DNA of 64,000 nucleotides from Candidatus Babeliales bacterium (GTDB lineage Bacteria; Babelota; Babeliae; Babelales; JANWKD01): NCBI GenBank assembly GCA_963722255.1, contig CAVRJO010000002.1, positions 320,001 to 384,000 of the forward strand, read 5' to 3'. Shown piece by piece: positions 53,317 to 62,857 of this stretch (position 1 is its first letter; each line of letters starts with the position of its first letter). The notes under the pieces were generated by a model. It saw only the letters and a program-made list of their open reading frames with translations, ran no database searches and was not told where the DNA came from. The position numbers and the translations under genes were made by a program.

Positions 53317-56300
53317 TTACGTCGGTCCTCCAAAACTGTATTCTCCACCACTTGCTGCTTCAGATTGCTTTTGTTCACTTTTATTTGCTGGTGAATCCGG
53401 TGGTAACGATTTTCCGGATCCCGAACCTTTATTTTCCGTTTTAGATGCAATATCTTTATCGGTTGTTTTTTTTGTTGAAGAACTTGTATCAGGCGTATCG
53501 CTGGGGCCACCGGAAGGCTGAATAACCGCTTTGTAAGCGTCTTGAGATTGTACAATTGCTTTCCATACTTCAGGTAATGTATTATCAGGGTCAAAACGAC
53601 TCCACAAATAATCTGTTTTATAGTTAGTATGCACTTTAGATCCATACAAATTTCCAGAAACTAAACTCGTTATTCCAATCGAATCACGATCATGCGTAAG
53701 CATATCTGAATAGGTAATTCCCGGATTGCCAGCTGTTTTTGCATATCCTTGTTTATCTGGTGCTATAACCGTTAATAAGAAATAATCTTGTATTGGCTGT
53801 CCTTTTTGATCTTTTATTATCCCCTTTGCATCTCTCATAGGTGCCGTATAAAGATTTTTTTGTTTTTGCAAAGCATCTTTATTTACTTGCAAACTAAATG
53901 CACCTAAGGTAAATGCAGTACTCTGTGAAAAATATTTCTTGCGCAGTTCATCTATCTTTTGTTCAAGAGCAGTGCTCAAAGGACCACTTTGTTTAACATA
54001 CGTTTCATAAATATTCGATGCTTTCACATTAGCGTACTGCATATCACTATCAAACAATGATTCTGAAATTAAACTCACCAAATAACTCGATTCTTCAGGG
54101 CGACTACCGATCGAACCGGATACAATATCTATCGTCTCTTCAAAAGATTCAGTTTTACAAGGCACAACATAATCCTCAACAACTTTGCCATCAATAGCGA
54201 GCTTTGTTTTATCGGTGTTATATATATATTGCCCACGTAAAATCTGCATTCTACCAACCGCATTTAACTTAGTTTTTCCTATAACAGGATTCATCAGATA
54301 GTCTAAAATCGGTCGTGCTTCATTTTCACGATCTACTTCTTTTTGTAAAGATTCAAAATTGGTAAAATCACAGGGAAGCGTACAACGTTTTCCTTCAGGT
54401 CTAATTTTTGGCGTAGGAATAGTTGGGACAATCTGAGGCACAAATTGATATTCTATAGAAGCTCCAGATGAAATTACTCCTACAACTTTTTGCGAAGGCG
54501 ATGGTGCACTGCACGTAAATATTAAGGCCGTTGAGGGTTCAGTATCAGGCTCTTGCCACACTTTTACTTGTAACGATGTTCCTTGCAGCATCATTTTTAT
54601 TCGATACCATGTTCCTAGTTGAAATTTTGGGGCATTAGCTGATTGTGTCAACCAACCTTTACCTTCATGCTCGTAGACACCAAAAGATACAGCTCCATCA
54701 GTTTCTTCTCTTTTAAATACAGCCATTTTTGCCAGTTGGCCTAAATCAAGTGGTGCTTTTTGAGGTTTATTAGTTTCAGCTTGATGAGTTTTAAAATCTG
54801 CAAGATTAATATCTTGCCCACCAAAATACAAACCAATATAGAATGAATTAAGCAGATAAATTGCCTGAAATCGTATCTCAACTTCATTAACCGGTTTATC
54901 TAATATCATAACCTCTTTTTGATTAAACCAGTTTTTCGTTTCAACTTTTTTTACTACTTTTTCATCAGTTTTTATAGCAAGCTCCGGTAGTACCGCAATT
55001 TCCTGACTAAAACTCTTTCGTGCAGCACTATACAGCGAAAATCCTTGAGAAGGATTTAGCTCATAAACACCCGATGAAAATCCGTAAATTGCTCCAACGT
55101 CAGCTGGAGTCAGATTATAATATGAAGGATCCGGAGATAATAATTGTGACCAATAAGATCCTAATGCTTCTGCATATTGCTCTTTTAGAGCTTCAAAATT
55201 ATTGGCCAAGAAGTTTTCATAAAATCCTAAATTCCTTTCTTGATTTTCAAGCTCACTTGTATATTTTAATTGCAACTCTCCTAACCATTCATTTTGTTGC
55301 TGCTGATAAATAAGAGAATTTGTTGAAACAAAAGACGAGAAGCTTTCAACAAACTCCTTTTCTTCCTTCTTTTGCTTAATCGCTTCTTCATCAGCTTGCC
55401 AACTGCCATATGCTGCAAAAATTTGTGGACCAACGGTCATGGCAATTAAAGGTACTGAAGCTCCACCTGTCAATGGAATCGATGCCAAAAGCAATCCCGT
55501 TGTAATAGCTGTTCCGATTAATCGTTCATGCTCTGTTAAAGCTGTATCAACCGCATCAGCCCATTCAGATGCACTAATATTGGCGCCAAATAAGTTTGCA
55601 AAATTACCAATTGTTGCTCCAATGGCATAGGTAATTGCCGTTGTCACATCGATAAATATTCGTGTAATTACTGAGATAAAATATTGGCAAAAACGTAACA
55701 CATCACCAAGCGATTTCATAAAATATTGAAATTGGAAGGTGAGTGGCTCTAAAATTGCCACTGCTGCATCTGCACCAAACTGCTCCAATTGATCAAGAAT
55801 ATCAGCTTCATACGTAGCATTTTTTGTAGCAATAAAGGCTGCCTGTGTTGAAATTAATCTAATACCTTCAACCGTTAATTTGATCATTCCCCCGGTAAAT
55901 GAAATATAACTCAAAAGATTGCCTGCAATTTGGTCTATAATAATTTCAAAGGCACTTTCAAATGCACCTCTCAATGATTTGCAAATTTCTGTATCCTTAT
56001 TTGCCAAAGTCATATCGCAAACACCCTCCATGACCGTTCCTAATACGTCCAAAGAATCTTTAGATACATTTTCAACATCTACAACAGTTTTTTCTAACTC
56101 TTGTTTGGCATTTTCTACATGATCCGCAACTTCTTTTTGAAGAGCTAACGATTTATCTAAAAGTTTTTTAGCCAAGCCAGGATTAAGACCGCTTAAAAAA
56201 ACAGCACCAACGCCAAAGCCAAGACTTTCGGCTTCTTCAGCTATTGCTTCTCCTGCATCAGTTGCAAAATCAATGAAATCTTTACCCGTTTTTTCAACAT

Positions 56301-57942
56301 CTTTCCAAACCTTTTCACCAGCATCCTCAACATCACCAGCCCAGCCAACAACATTTTTAGTAACATCAATCCATAGATCGCCAAAAAATCCCTGAACCTT
56401 TACTTGAGGATTTTCAATCTTTTTTTGATTTTGCATTACCGCATCAAATAACGCCTTTGCAGTTTGCTTTTTTGAGGTCCCTCCAGGCCCTAGAGCCATA
56501 GGCGTTTTTGTCTCTACCGTTGTTTGTTTAAATGAATCATGCACCAAATTTAAATCTTCAAGATACAAATAGTCCTCAGGAGCATACAAAAAAATTGACG
56601 GATGTGGCTGAACAATCGATTTATTTGCTAAAACATTCATCGTCGTTTCAAGATGCTTAGAGTCATAAAGATAGTTTGTTAAAGCATGAAGAATTTTAAT
56701 CATGCTTAAAAGTAATAACTCTTCTTGTAATAAAGGTTCTTGTTTAAACTTTTCATCATTAAGAGGAACTTTGATTGGATCTTTATTTTGTGCTACTGAA
56801 GCATATACTGCTGATTGATCTTCAAGCGCATAAGAAGCTAACGAATAAAAAGGCGTCTTTTGAAAATCGAGCGATGCAGTATATATTTTTTTTATATCAT
56901 CAAGCTTTTGCCATTCATCACACTGTGGAACATATCGATTACGTAAAGCATCGGTTAAAATCAAGGTTATATGAAACATTTCAGATGCATTACGCAACGA
57001 GGTAAAATCCGGTGTATAATAAGCAATCTCTATATTAGGAATATACTTAAAAATCGTTTCTTCGACCTGCTTAATTGAAAGCAGAAGCTGCTGATCTTGT
57101 ACAAAAGAACGAGTAATAGTATATTTCACATATTTTTGCCAAAAACTTGATCGGGTTAAACTTTGATTACTTATCTTATTAAGACTTGTCCAAAATGAGG
57201 TTGTAACTAAATCTTGCCATGACGAAGCTTTAATTAATCCTTGAATCGCATTCCAATCGGGTTTTACTGACCCATCAAATAACTTTTTTTCAAGCGCTGA
57301 CCATCCACCTGCTTTTCCTTCAACAAGCGTTACCAAATCTTGCCAGGATTTCGTCTCCAATAATGATCTGAAATCTATCCCATTTTGGTGTGCATAATCA
57401 GCAATACGCGCAGCAAATTCTATTTTAACGACGTATTCAAAGTAAAAATAAAAGTTCTTGAAATATTGAATTATCTTTGAATCTACCTTCAATCCTTTAG
57501 CACCAAATAATGCATCAACAGCTGCAGCGTTTTTTGAACTCACTGCATAAGGATTTGGTTTAACAGTCTTTTCATCAATGCGCTCTACCGGATTAAATAA
57601 AACTGCTGCAGTAGCTTGTATGGTTGCAAGCAAATCTTGAGCATGATTTATCGCTTGTAAAGGAGTCATTGCAAATAAATCATAACTTTTGCCATCGGCT
57701 CCCACTATTGAACCAATAAGCTGATCCTGTATACCTTGCGGTTCATGCAATACTTTTTTAACATTTTGAAAAGTTCCATGATCTTTACAAGAAACCGTAT
57801 TAATTTGATCGTCATAAAAACAAGAATCATTACGCAAATATGAAAAATATGAATTAGAGGTATTGACCAATATTTGTTTTGCACTCAATTGCCCAGCATA
57901 AAAGCAAAAAGCCAGAATCACAAAAAAGTAAAACTTTTTCAT
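53317..57942 (-). CDS. Giant exported protein (1541 aa) with hydrophobic helical core, coiled coil and beta-sandwich region
   Basis: Signal peptide; PLTGGASVPL hydrophobic hairpin; WYRIKMMLQGTSLQVKVW strand pattern. Confidence 0.85.
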   Translation of the reverse strand: MKKFYFFVILAFCFYAGQLSAKQILVNTSNSYFSYLRNDSCFYDDQINTVSCKDHGTFQNVKKVLHEPQGIQDQLIGSIVGADGKSYDLFAMTPLQAINHAQDLLATIQATAAVLFNPVERIDEKTVKPNPYAVSSKNAAAVDALFGAKGLKVDSKIIQYFKNFYFYFEYVVKIEFAARIADYAHQNGIDFRSLLETKSWQDLVTLVEGKAGGWSALEKKLFDGSVKPDWNAIQGLIKASSWQDLVTTSFWTSLNKISNQSLTRSSFWQKYVKYTITRSFVQDQQLLLSIKQVEETIFKYIPNIEIAYYTPDFTSLRNASEMFHITLILTDALRNRYVPQCDEWQKLDDIKKIYTASLDFQKTPFYSLASYALEDQSAVYASVAQNKDPIKVPLNDEKFKQEPLLQEELLLLSMIKILHALTNYLYDSKHLETTMNVLANKSIVQPHPSIFLYAPEDYLYLEDLNLVHDSFKQTTVETKTPMALGPGGTSKKQTAKALFDAVMQNQKKIENPQVKVQGFFGDLWIDVTKNVVGWAGDVEDAGEKVWKDVEKTGKDFIDFATDAGEAIAEEAESLGFGVGAVFLSGLNPGLAKKLLDKSLALQKEVADHVENAKQELEKTVVDVENVSKDSLDVLGTVMEGVCDMTLANKDTEICKSLRGAFESAFEIIIDQIAGNLLSYISFTGGMIKLTVEGIRLISTQAAFIATKNATYEADILDQLEQFGADAAVAILEPLTFQFQYFMKSLGDVLRFCQYFISVITRIFIDVTTAITYAIGATIGNFANLFGANISASEWADAVDTALTEHERLIGTAITTGLLLASIPLTGGASVPLIAMTVGPQIFAAYGSWQADEEAIKQKKEEKEFVESFSSFVSTNSLIYQQQQNEWLGELQLKYTSELENQERNLGFYENFLANNFEALKEQYAEALGSYWSQLLSPDPSYYNLTPADVGAIYGFSSGVYELNPSQGFSLYSAARKSFSQEIAVLPELAIKTDEKVVKKVETKNWFNQKEVMILDKPVNEVEIRFQAIYLLNSFYIGLYFGGQDINLADFKTHQAETNKPQKAPLDLGQLAKMAVFKREETDGAVSFGVYEHEGKGWLTQSANAPKFQLGTWYRIKMMLQGTSLQVKVWQEPDTEPSTALIFTCSAPSPSQKVVGVISSGASIEYQFVPQIVPTIPTPKIRPEGKRCTLPCDFTNFESLQKEVDRENEARPILDYLMNPVIGKTKLNAVGRMQILRGQYIYNTDKTKLAIDGKVVEDYVVPCKTESFEETIDIVSGSIGSRPEESSYLVSLISESLFDSDMQYANVKASNIYETYVKQSGPLSTALEQKIDELRKKYFSQSTAFTLGAFSLQVNKDALQKQKNLYTAPMRDAKGIIKDQKGQPIQDYFLLTVIAPDKQGYAKTAGNPGITYSDMLTHDRDSIGITSLVSGNLYGSKVHTNYKTDYLWSRFDPDNTLPEVWKAIVQSQDAYKAVIQPSGGPSDTPDTSSSTKKTTDKDIASKTENKGSGSGKSLPPDSPANKSEQKQSEAASGGEYSFGGPT

Positions 57943-59144
57943 TGCTTTTCCTCCAAATCAGTTGATGGCAAAACGAGTTTTTCAGGTTTTATTATTTTAA
58001 ATTCTGCTTGTGCTCCAGGAGCCATAAAACCAATTCCTCCAAACAGGGCAATTGTAGAATCTAAGTTACTGAATGTTTTTTGGATAAGTTGTTCTTTTCC
58101 TTTTTTTGAAACAGTTACTGTAACAGTTTCAGGAGATGTTGTTATATCAAAAATGAAAGTAATTGAATCTTTCGCTAAGAGATCAGTATCATTTTTTGAA
58201 AGTGTGTAAAGTATATGATCATCAGTAGGTTTTGCTCGTGTTATTTGCTCTAAGGGAGAAATAATATTTTCTTTCTCTTTTTCAAAAGTTATTATCTGTT
58301 GGGCAAAACCAAGATTAATAGATCTCGTTGCAGGATCCTTATCATTAGTTTGTGTACCATAGAATCCAACTAATCGATACTGCCATAACCGTTCAGGATC
58401 TCCGGATATCCAACGACCTCTATTAAAAAATATCCCAACAAAAAAAGGATATGAACAATTAAGCAGTGTGCATTCAATAGAAACTTCGTAGGATTTTTCA
58501 TTACTTATATATTCAGTAAAAATACTATTTCTTGAAGGATCTGTAGGATAAACCTCTTCTTTTTCTCCCGGCTTTTGGAGCTTTCTAAAATCTTGTTGCC
58601 AAAAAGGCATGCCAAAAGGAACTAATCCATTTTGGAAAAAGCTCTTAGTTTTTGGATCAAATTCCCAATCGCCCTGTTGATAGATATTATACCACTGTTG
58701 TCTTTTCGGCGTATTCATGATGCTTGCTTCAAACATCTGATCGTAAGGAATAGGCGGCCAGGATAACATATGGATAGCAGGGTCACTTAAATTAATTGAT
58801 TTAAAAAGATATATTTGTTCTTGAACTGCAGCATCACTAGCCTTTTTGCGCTCATCATATATCTTTTGCAGGCCTGTTTTAAATCCATTGAAAATTTGTT
58901 GAATAAGATTTTTTTTTATAGCTTGTAATTGATTTACAAAGACTTCAAAACGTGTCTCAATCTCACCTTGCTTTTTTTGATACTCTTCAAATATCTTGCC
59001 ATCTTCTTCAACAAGCCACTGAATATACATTCCATTACCACCCATCATAAAGGACTGTAATGCTAACATAAAAAGCTCTGATATAAATTGTATGGTTGCT
59101 TCCGGTGTTATACTTTTTGCTCGAGTTACCAGTTCAGCCTGCAC
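57939..59144 (-). CDS. Coiled-coil plus beta-domain protein; may be the C-terminal part of 59154..59738
   Basis: In frame with the upstream ORF across a single TAA; GTG start without a clear RBS. Confidence 0.7.
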   Translation of the reverse strand: MQAELVTRAKSITPEATIQFISELFMLALQSFMMGGNGMYIQWLVEEDGKIFEEYQKKQGEIETRFEVFVNQLQAIKKNLIQQIFNGFKTGLQKIYDERKKASDAAVQEQIYLFKSINLSDPAIHMLSWPPIPYDQMFEASIMNTPKRQQWYNIYQQGDWEFDPKTKSFFQNGLVPFGMPFWQQDFRKLQKPGEKEEVYPTDPSRNSIFTEYISNEKSYEVSIECTLLNCSYPFFVGIFFNRGRWISGDPERLWQYRLVGFYGTQTNDKDPATRSINLGFAQQIITFEKEKENIISPLEQITRAKPTDDHILYTLSKNDTDLLAKDSITFIFDITTSPETVTVTVSKKGKEQLIQKTFSNLDSTIALFGGIGFMAPGAQAEFKIIKPEKLVLPSTDLEEKQ

Positions 59145-59153
59145 TGCGCGCTT

Positions 59154-59738
59154 TTACCAAAAATTTATACTATCTGGTAAATGGGAAGACTTACTTGTAG
59201 TAAGCAAAACAATAAATTTCAAAAGATTTTGATAATTAAACAAAATATTTTCACGCTCAAAATTGCAGTAATCAACTATTCTATCTGCTAATGATTCTTC
59301 CCAACAAACTTTTTTAGTACCCATTTTTTTTATATAACAACTTAATTTTTTAAAAGTTTTCTCAAACCGAAACTCCAATCGTTCATAAAACGTCATAGTA
59401 CGCGCTATCTGTTTTTTATAATTTTTTAAATAGCGTATTTGATGATCTAAAATAAAATTTTTAAAATGTGCTTTTGCATTGTGTGCATTATTCTCAACTA
59501 AGAGTTGAAGTTGCGGAACTACTAAATCTATTGCACAAGAGCGCTGGCTTGGTGTCGAAATGCTTAAGTCATTCAAAAGAGTTTCAATCTTTTTTTGTTC
59601 AGCATCTGAAATATGTAAACCACGATTACCGAAGATATTTTCAATAAGTTTTCGATTTTCTGTTATCAAATGAATCTGTTCAGAAGAAAATACAATAGAA
59701 AAAGTCCCGATCACAATAAGAAATAACATCTTCCTCAT
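59154..59738 (-). CDS. Exported hypothetical protein; may be the N-terminal part of a 599-aa gene
   Basis: Signal peptide; ATGA overlap with upstream gene. Confidence 0.7.
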   Translation of the reverse strand: MRKMLFLIVIGTFSIVFSSEQIHLITENRKLIENIFGNRGLHISDAEQKKIETLLNDLSISTPSQRSCAIDLVVPQLQLLVENNAHNAKAHFKNFILDHQIRYLKNYKKQIARTMTFYERLEFRFEKTFKKLSCYIKKMGTKKVCWEESLADRIVDYCNFERENILFNYQNLLKFIVLLTTSKSSHLPDSINFW

Positions 59739-61345
59739 GATGCACTCCCATCATCTGAAGGTGGAGGTGGTTCAATAACAGGCGGAGGTACAGTTTTTTC
59801 TTGTTCATTTTTTGCAATTTGTTCCTTTATGCCTTTTATAAATGCGTCAGCTGCTTGGCAACTCTTATCATTGGCTGAAACAGAAAGTCCTGCTTTAACT
59901 GCTGTCTTATTGATAATACATTGAATGCAGGGGTCAAGAATTTCCTCATTTTCAAATGCAGGATCTAAAAGTCTAGAAAAATCTCCTAAACATGCTTGTA
60001 ACATTTTAATAATACCCTCTTGAGAATTAAGCCAATCGGGTTGTGGTAACAGTTCTTGCTCATAGATATAATCTTTGGTTGGAATATTAACAAAAAGACG
60101 TTTTATATCTTTGTTATTAACTCTATCATTCTTATAAAAAGCAACGAGTATATCAGTTTGAGGACCATATAACGGTTTATATCTTGTTCTAGCATTAGCA
60201 TCAAAAACTATTTGTGCAGGCCATGGTACATTTTGAACATTTTTTGGCAAAGATTTTGCTAAGGTCGGAATTATCTTGAGCCCGCGCATTGTCTGTTCAT
60301 CATAAAAAAAAATAGGTGGATTTAACTTTGTTAATGAACGCAAAAAAGTAATTTTTTCTTGAGAAACTTGGTTTTTTCCGTCTTTATTTACCATAGTTGG
60401 TATTGAAGAATTTGGTCTATACGCATAATCTTGCATATATTCAGCAATTTTTTTTGCATGTTGGGCAAATTTATTAGCACCAACATAACCTTTGCTTATA
60501 TCTTCTTCATGCAAGGTTTGTGTATATCGATTAAAAAACTTTAAATAATCACTTAATAAATTAAGATAATTGCTTCTAAGAGAGTCAACGTCAGACTTAA
60601 TAATAGTTTGAACTTCAGGATCAGTTACTAAAACCAATTCTGCTTGCTCCATCATAATATTAAGATCAACCCCATAATCATGCTTCATAAGCATGTTTCC
60701 TGCATAAGTCGCTATCAACGGAGGCAATGACGGGAATCGTGCCCTTATTGCTCCATTCAATTGCGCTTCAACAATATTAACGAGATGGTTAATTATTAAT
60801 GTCTTCTGATTAAGACCCTGCTGAATTCCTTCTTGCAAATAACCATCTTTTCTATTTTTTGCTTTATCTTGTCCGGGTAGAAGTGAATCAATATGAGTCA
60901 TATTAAAAACTGCATAAATTTTTGTTAAATAAATGTAGAGTTCATGCAAAACAAGCATATGAATTTTTGTAAAATAGAAGGTAAAATTTTTTGAAACTTC
61001 ATCTTTTGATAAATTAGATAAAAAATTTGAAAAAAGATCACTTAATACTGAATCATCTGGGAAAAGTATTTTTCCACCCGGATGATTTACTTCGGGAGTT
61101 GCAGATTTAATAAAACTTATTAATGTCTGCTTTGCTCCATATTTACAAGCAGCAGGAAGCCGATTTTTTGTTTGCGCATTAGCTACAGTTTTGCCTCTAC
61201 TATTTTTTGGAAACGGATTAAATACTTGATCTTTTGTTAATGGTGAATCTGATCTTACGGCTGAATAAGAGAAATGGATTGAACAATAGAACGATACAAA
61301 ACAAAATAAACTATAAACAACAAAACGAGACGCAAAACGAAACAT
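59735..61345 (-). CDS. Exported hypothetical protein, first gene of the operon
   Basis: Signal peptide, GAGG RBS, Pro-rich tail. Confidence 0.8.
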   Translation of the reverse strand: MFRFASRFVVYSLFCFVSFYCSIHFSYSAVRSDSPLTKDQVFNPFPKNSRGKTVANAQTKNRLPAACKYGAKQTLISFIKSATPEVNHPGGKILFPDDSVLSDLFSNFLSNLSKDEVSKNFTFYFTKIHMLVLHELYIYLTKIYAVFNMTHIDSLLPGQDKAKNRKDGYLQEGIQQGLNQKTLIINHLVNIVEAQLNGAIRARFPSLPPLIATYAGNMLMKHDYGVDLNIMMEQAELVLVTDPEVQTIIKSDVDSLRSNYLNLLSDYLKFFNRYTQTLHEEDISKGYVGANKFAQHAKKIAEYMQDYAYRPNSSIPTMVNKDGKNQVSQEKITFLRSLTKLNPPIFFYDEQTMRGLKIIPTLAKSLPKNVQNVPWPAQIVFDANARTRYKPLYGPQTDILVAFYKNDRVNNKDIKRLFVNIPTKDYIYEQELLPQPDWLNSQEGIIKMLQACLGDFSRLLDPAFENEEILDPCIQCIINKTAVKAGLSVSANDKSCQAADAFIKGIKEQIAKNEQEKTVPPPVIEPPPPSDDGSAS

Positions 61346-61508
61346 AAAGACCTCTTAAAAAATCTTGAATCAGCATTAGTCTAATTTTTAGATTTTCTAC
61401 AAAGCAATAGTCTGTTATATTTTTTTAAATTGACATAAGATTGATAAAAAAAATGCTTTTGAATAGCAATAAATTTCTCATTGTAATTGCAAACAAACCT
61501 TCTTGAGA

Positions 61509-62663
61509 TTATTGATAATGAACTCTCTTCATATGCTTCTTTAAACCATCATCATAGAAATAAGATTTTGGACATTCAGAACACTTAAACTCTTTTTCAC
61601 GATTCGGATTATGTACTTGTAAATGTCTTTCAAAATCAGTTCTTTGTACAAAGCGTTTTTTACATGTTGAACAGCAATAAGGTTTTATATTTTCATGCTT
61701 AGATTTACTATGATTAGAGTAACTGTAGAAATTATAAAAACCTCTATTACATATCTCACACCAATGTTTATACTTCTCCCGATGTATTATTTTATGTGCT
61801 TCAAGTTCCTCCTTTTCTTTAAATGTTTCAGTACAATGAGGACATCGATTTGTTTCGTGAACATCTTTTATATGTCTTTCTAAATTTTGCTTATTAGCTA
61901 ATCTCTTACCACATTGTGAACATTTAAATGAAGCAAAAACGTTCCCAGAGCCTTCAATTTCATGAACTTTTTTCATGTGTGTTCTTAAATTTTGCTCATT
62001 TGCCAACCTCTTACCACAGTGTAAACATTTAAATGAACTAAAAGCAGAACCTTTTTTAGTAAATACTTTTTTTATAGGGAGAGTTTTTATATCTTTTTTT
62101 TTGGATTTTAATTTTTCCATACAAACTGCCAAATTGGCAACCGAAGATTTAATAAAGTCTAATTCATACGTAGCTGAATTCAACTCACCATTAATAGCTT
62201 TCAAATAAATATCCAAATGAGATTCAACTTCAGATAATTTCTGTTGTAACTTATCTTTATGTATTTTTATATGATCCATAAGTAAGCCTGGTTCATTAAA
62301 TTTTTCAAAACATCGAGGACATCCAAAACTCTCAAAGCTATCAATCTCCGATTGTTGAAAAAAAGATTGATTATTTATATTAAAACCATGATCAACTTCT
62401 GTAATTCCAATATTCCAATTAGTTATGCTATCTCCGTCTAGTGTCATGTTGAGTGTACTTAGACCCTCGATTTTTTGATCATCCAGCTGATCAAAAAATC
62501 GAGTAGACCCTAAAAAGGCTTCAGATTCATTATCAGAAAATCCATCGTCAGAGAAAAATGAAAAAGCAGATGGCAATGGAGCAAATAAATCAAAGGGATT
62601 ATCTTTATGCATTCCAAAAAGAGTTGTTGTAGAAAAAATTAATACGAAAAACAAGTAGTTCAT
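61509..62663 (-). CDS. Exported protein with seven C2H2 zinc fingers
   Basis: Seven CxxC-x12-H-x3/4-H units; signal peptide ending LFG-M. Confidence 0.92.
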   Translation of the reverse strand: MNYLFFVLIFSTTTLFGMHKDNPFDLFAPLPSAFSFFSDDGFSDNESEAFLGSTRFFDQLDDQKIEGLSTLNMTLDGDSITNWNIGITEVDHGFNINNQSFFQQSEIDSFESFGCPRCFEKFNEPGLLMDHIKIHKDKLQQKLSEVESHLDIYLKAINGELNSATYELDFIKSSVANLAVCMEKLKSKKKDIKTLPIKKVFTKKGSAFSSFKCLHCGKRLANEQNLRTHMKKVHEIEGSGNVFASFKCSQCGKRLANKQNLERHIKDVHETNRCPHCTETFKEKEELEAHKIIHREKYKHWCEICNRGFYNFYSYSNHSKSKHENIKPYCCSTCKKRFVQRTDFERHLQVHNPNREKEFKCSECPKSYFYDDGLKKHMKRVHYQ

Positions 62664-62857
62664 GGCATTCTTTCAAAAAATAAATAAGGGATGTTAAGAA
62701 AGAGTATCTATTTTTAAAGAAAATTCCAGAATTTCTCTTACTTAAAAGCATTTTTTGAAAGAATACAAAAAACCAATTTTACGAAAACAACAAAAAGAAT
62801 TATACTCAAAAATATATACAAAAAATGTATCTCACGCTAAATGAATGGAAACTATTT

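Noticed and set aside
53286..53645. 119-aa ORF overlapping the giant gene's 3' end
   Set aside because: Same-strand alternative frame without RBS or motif
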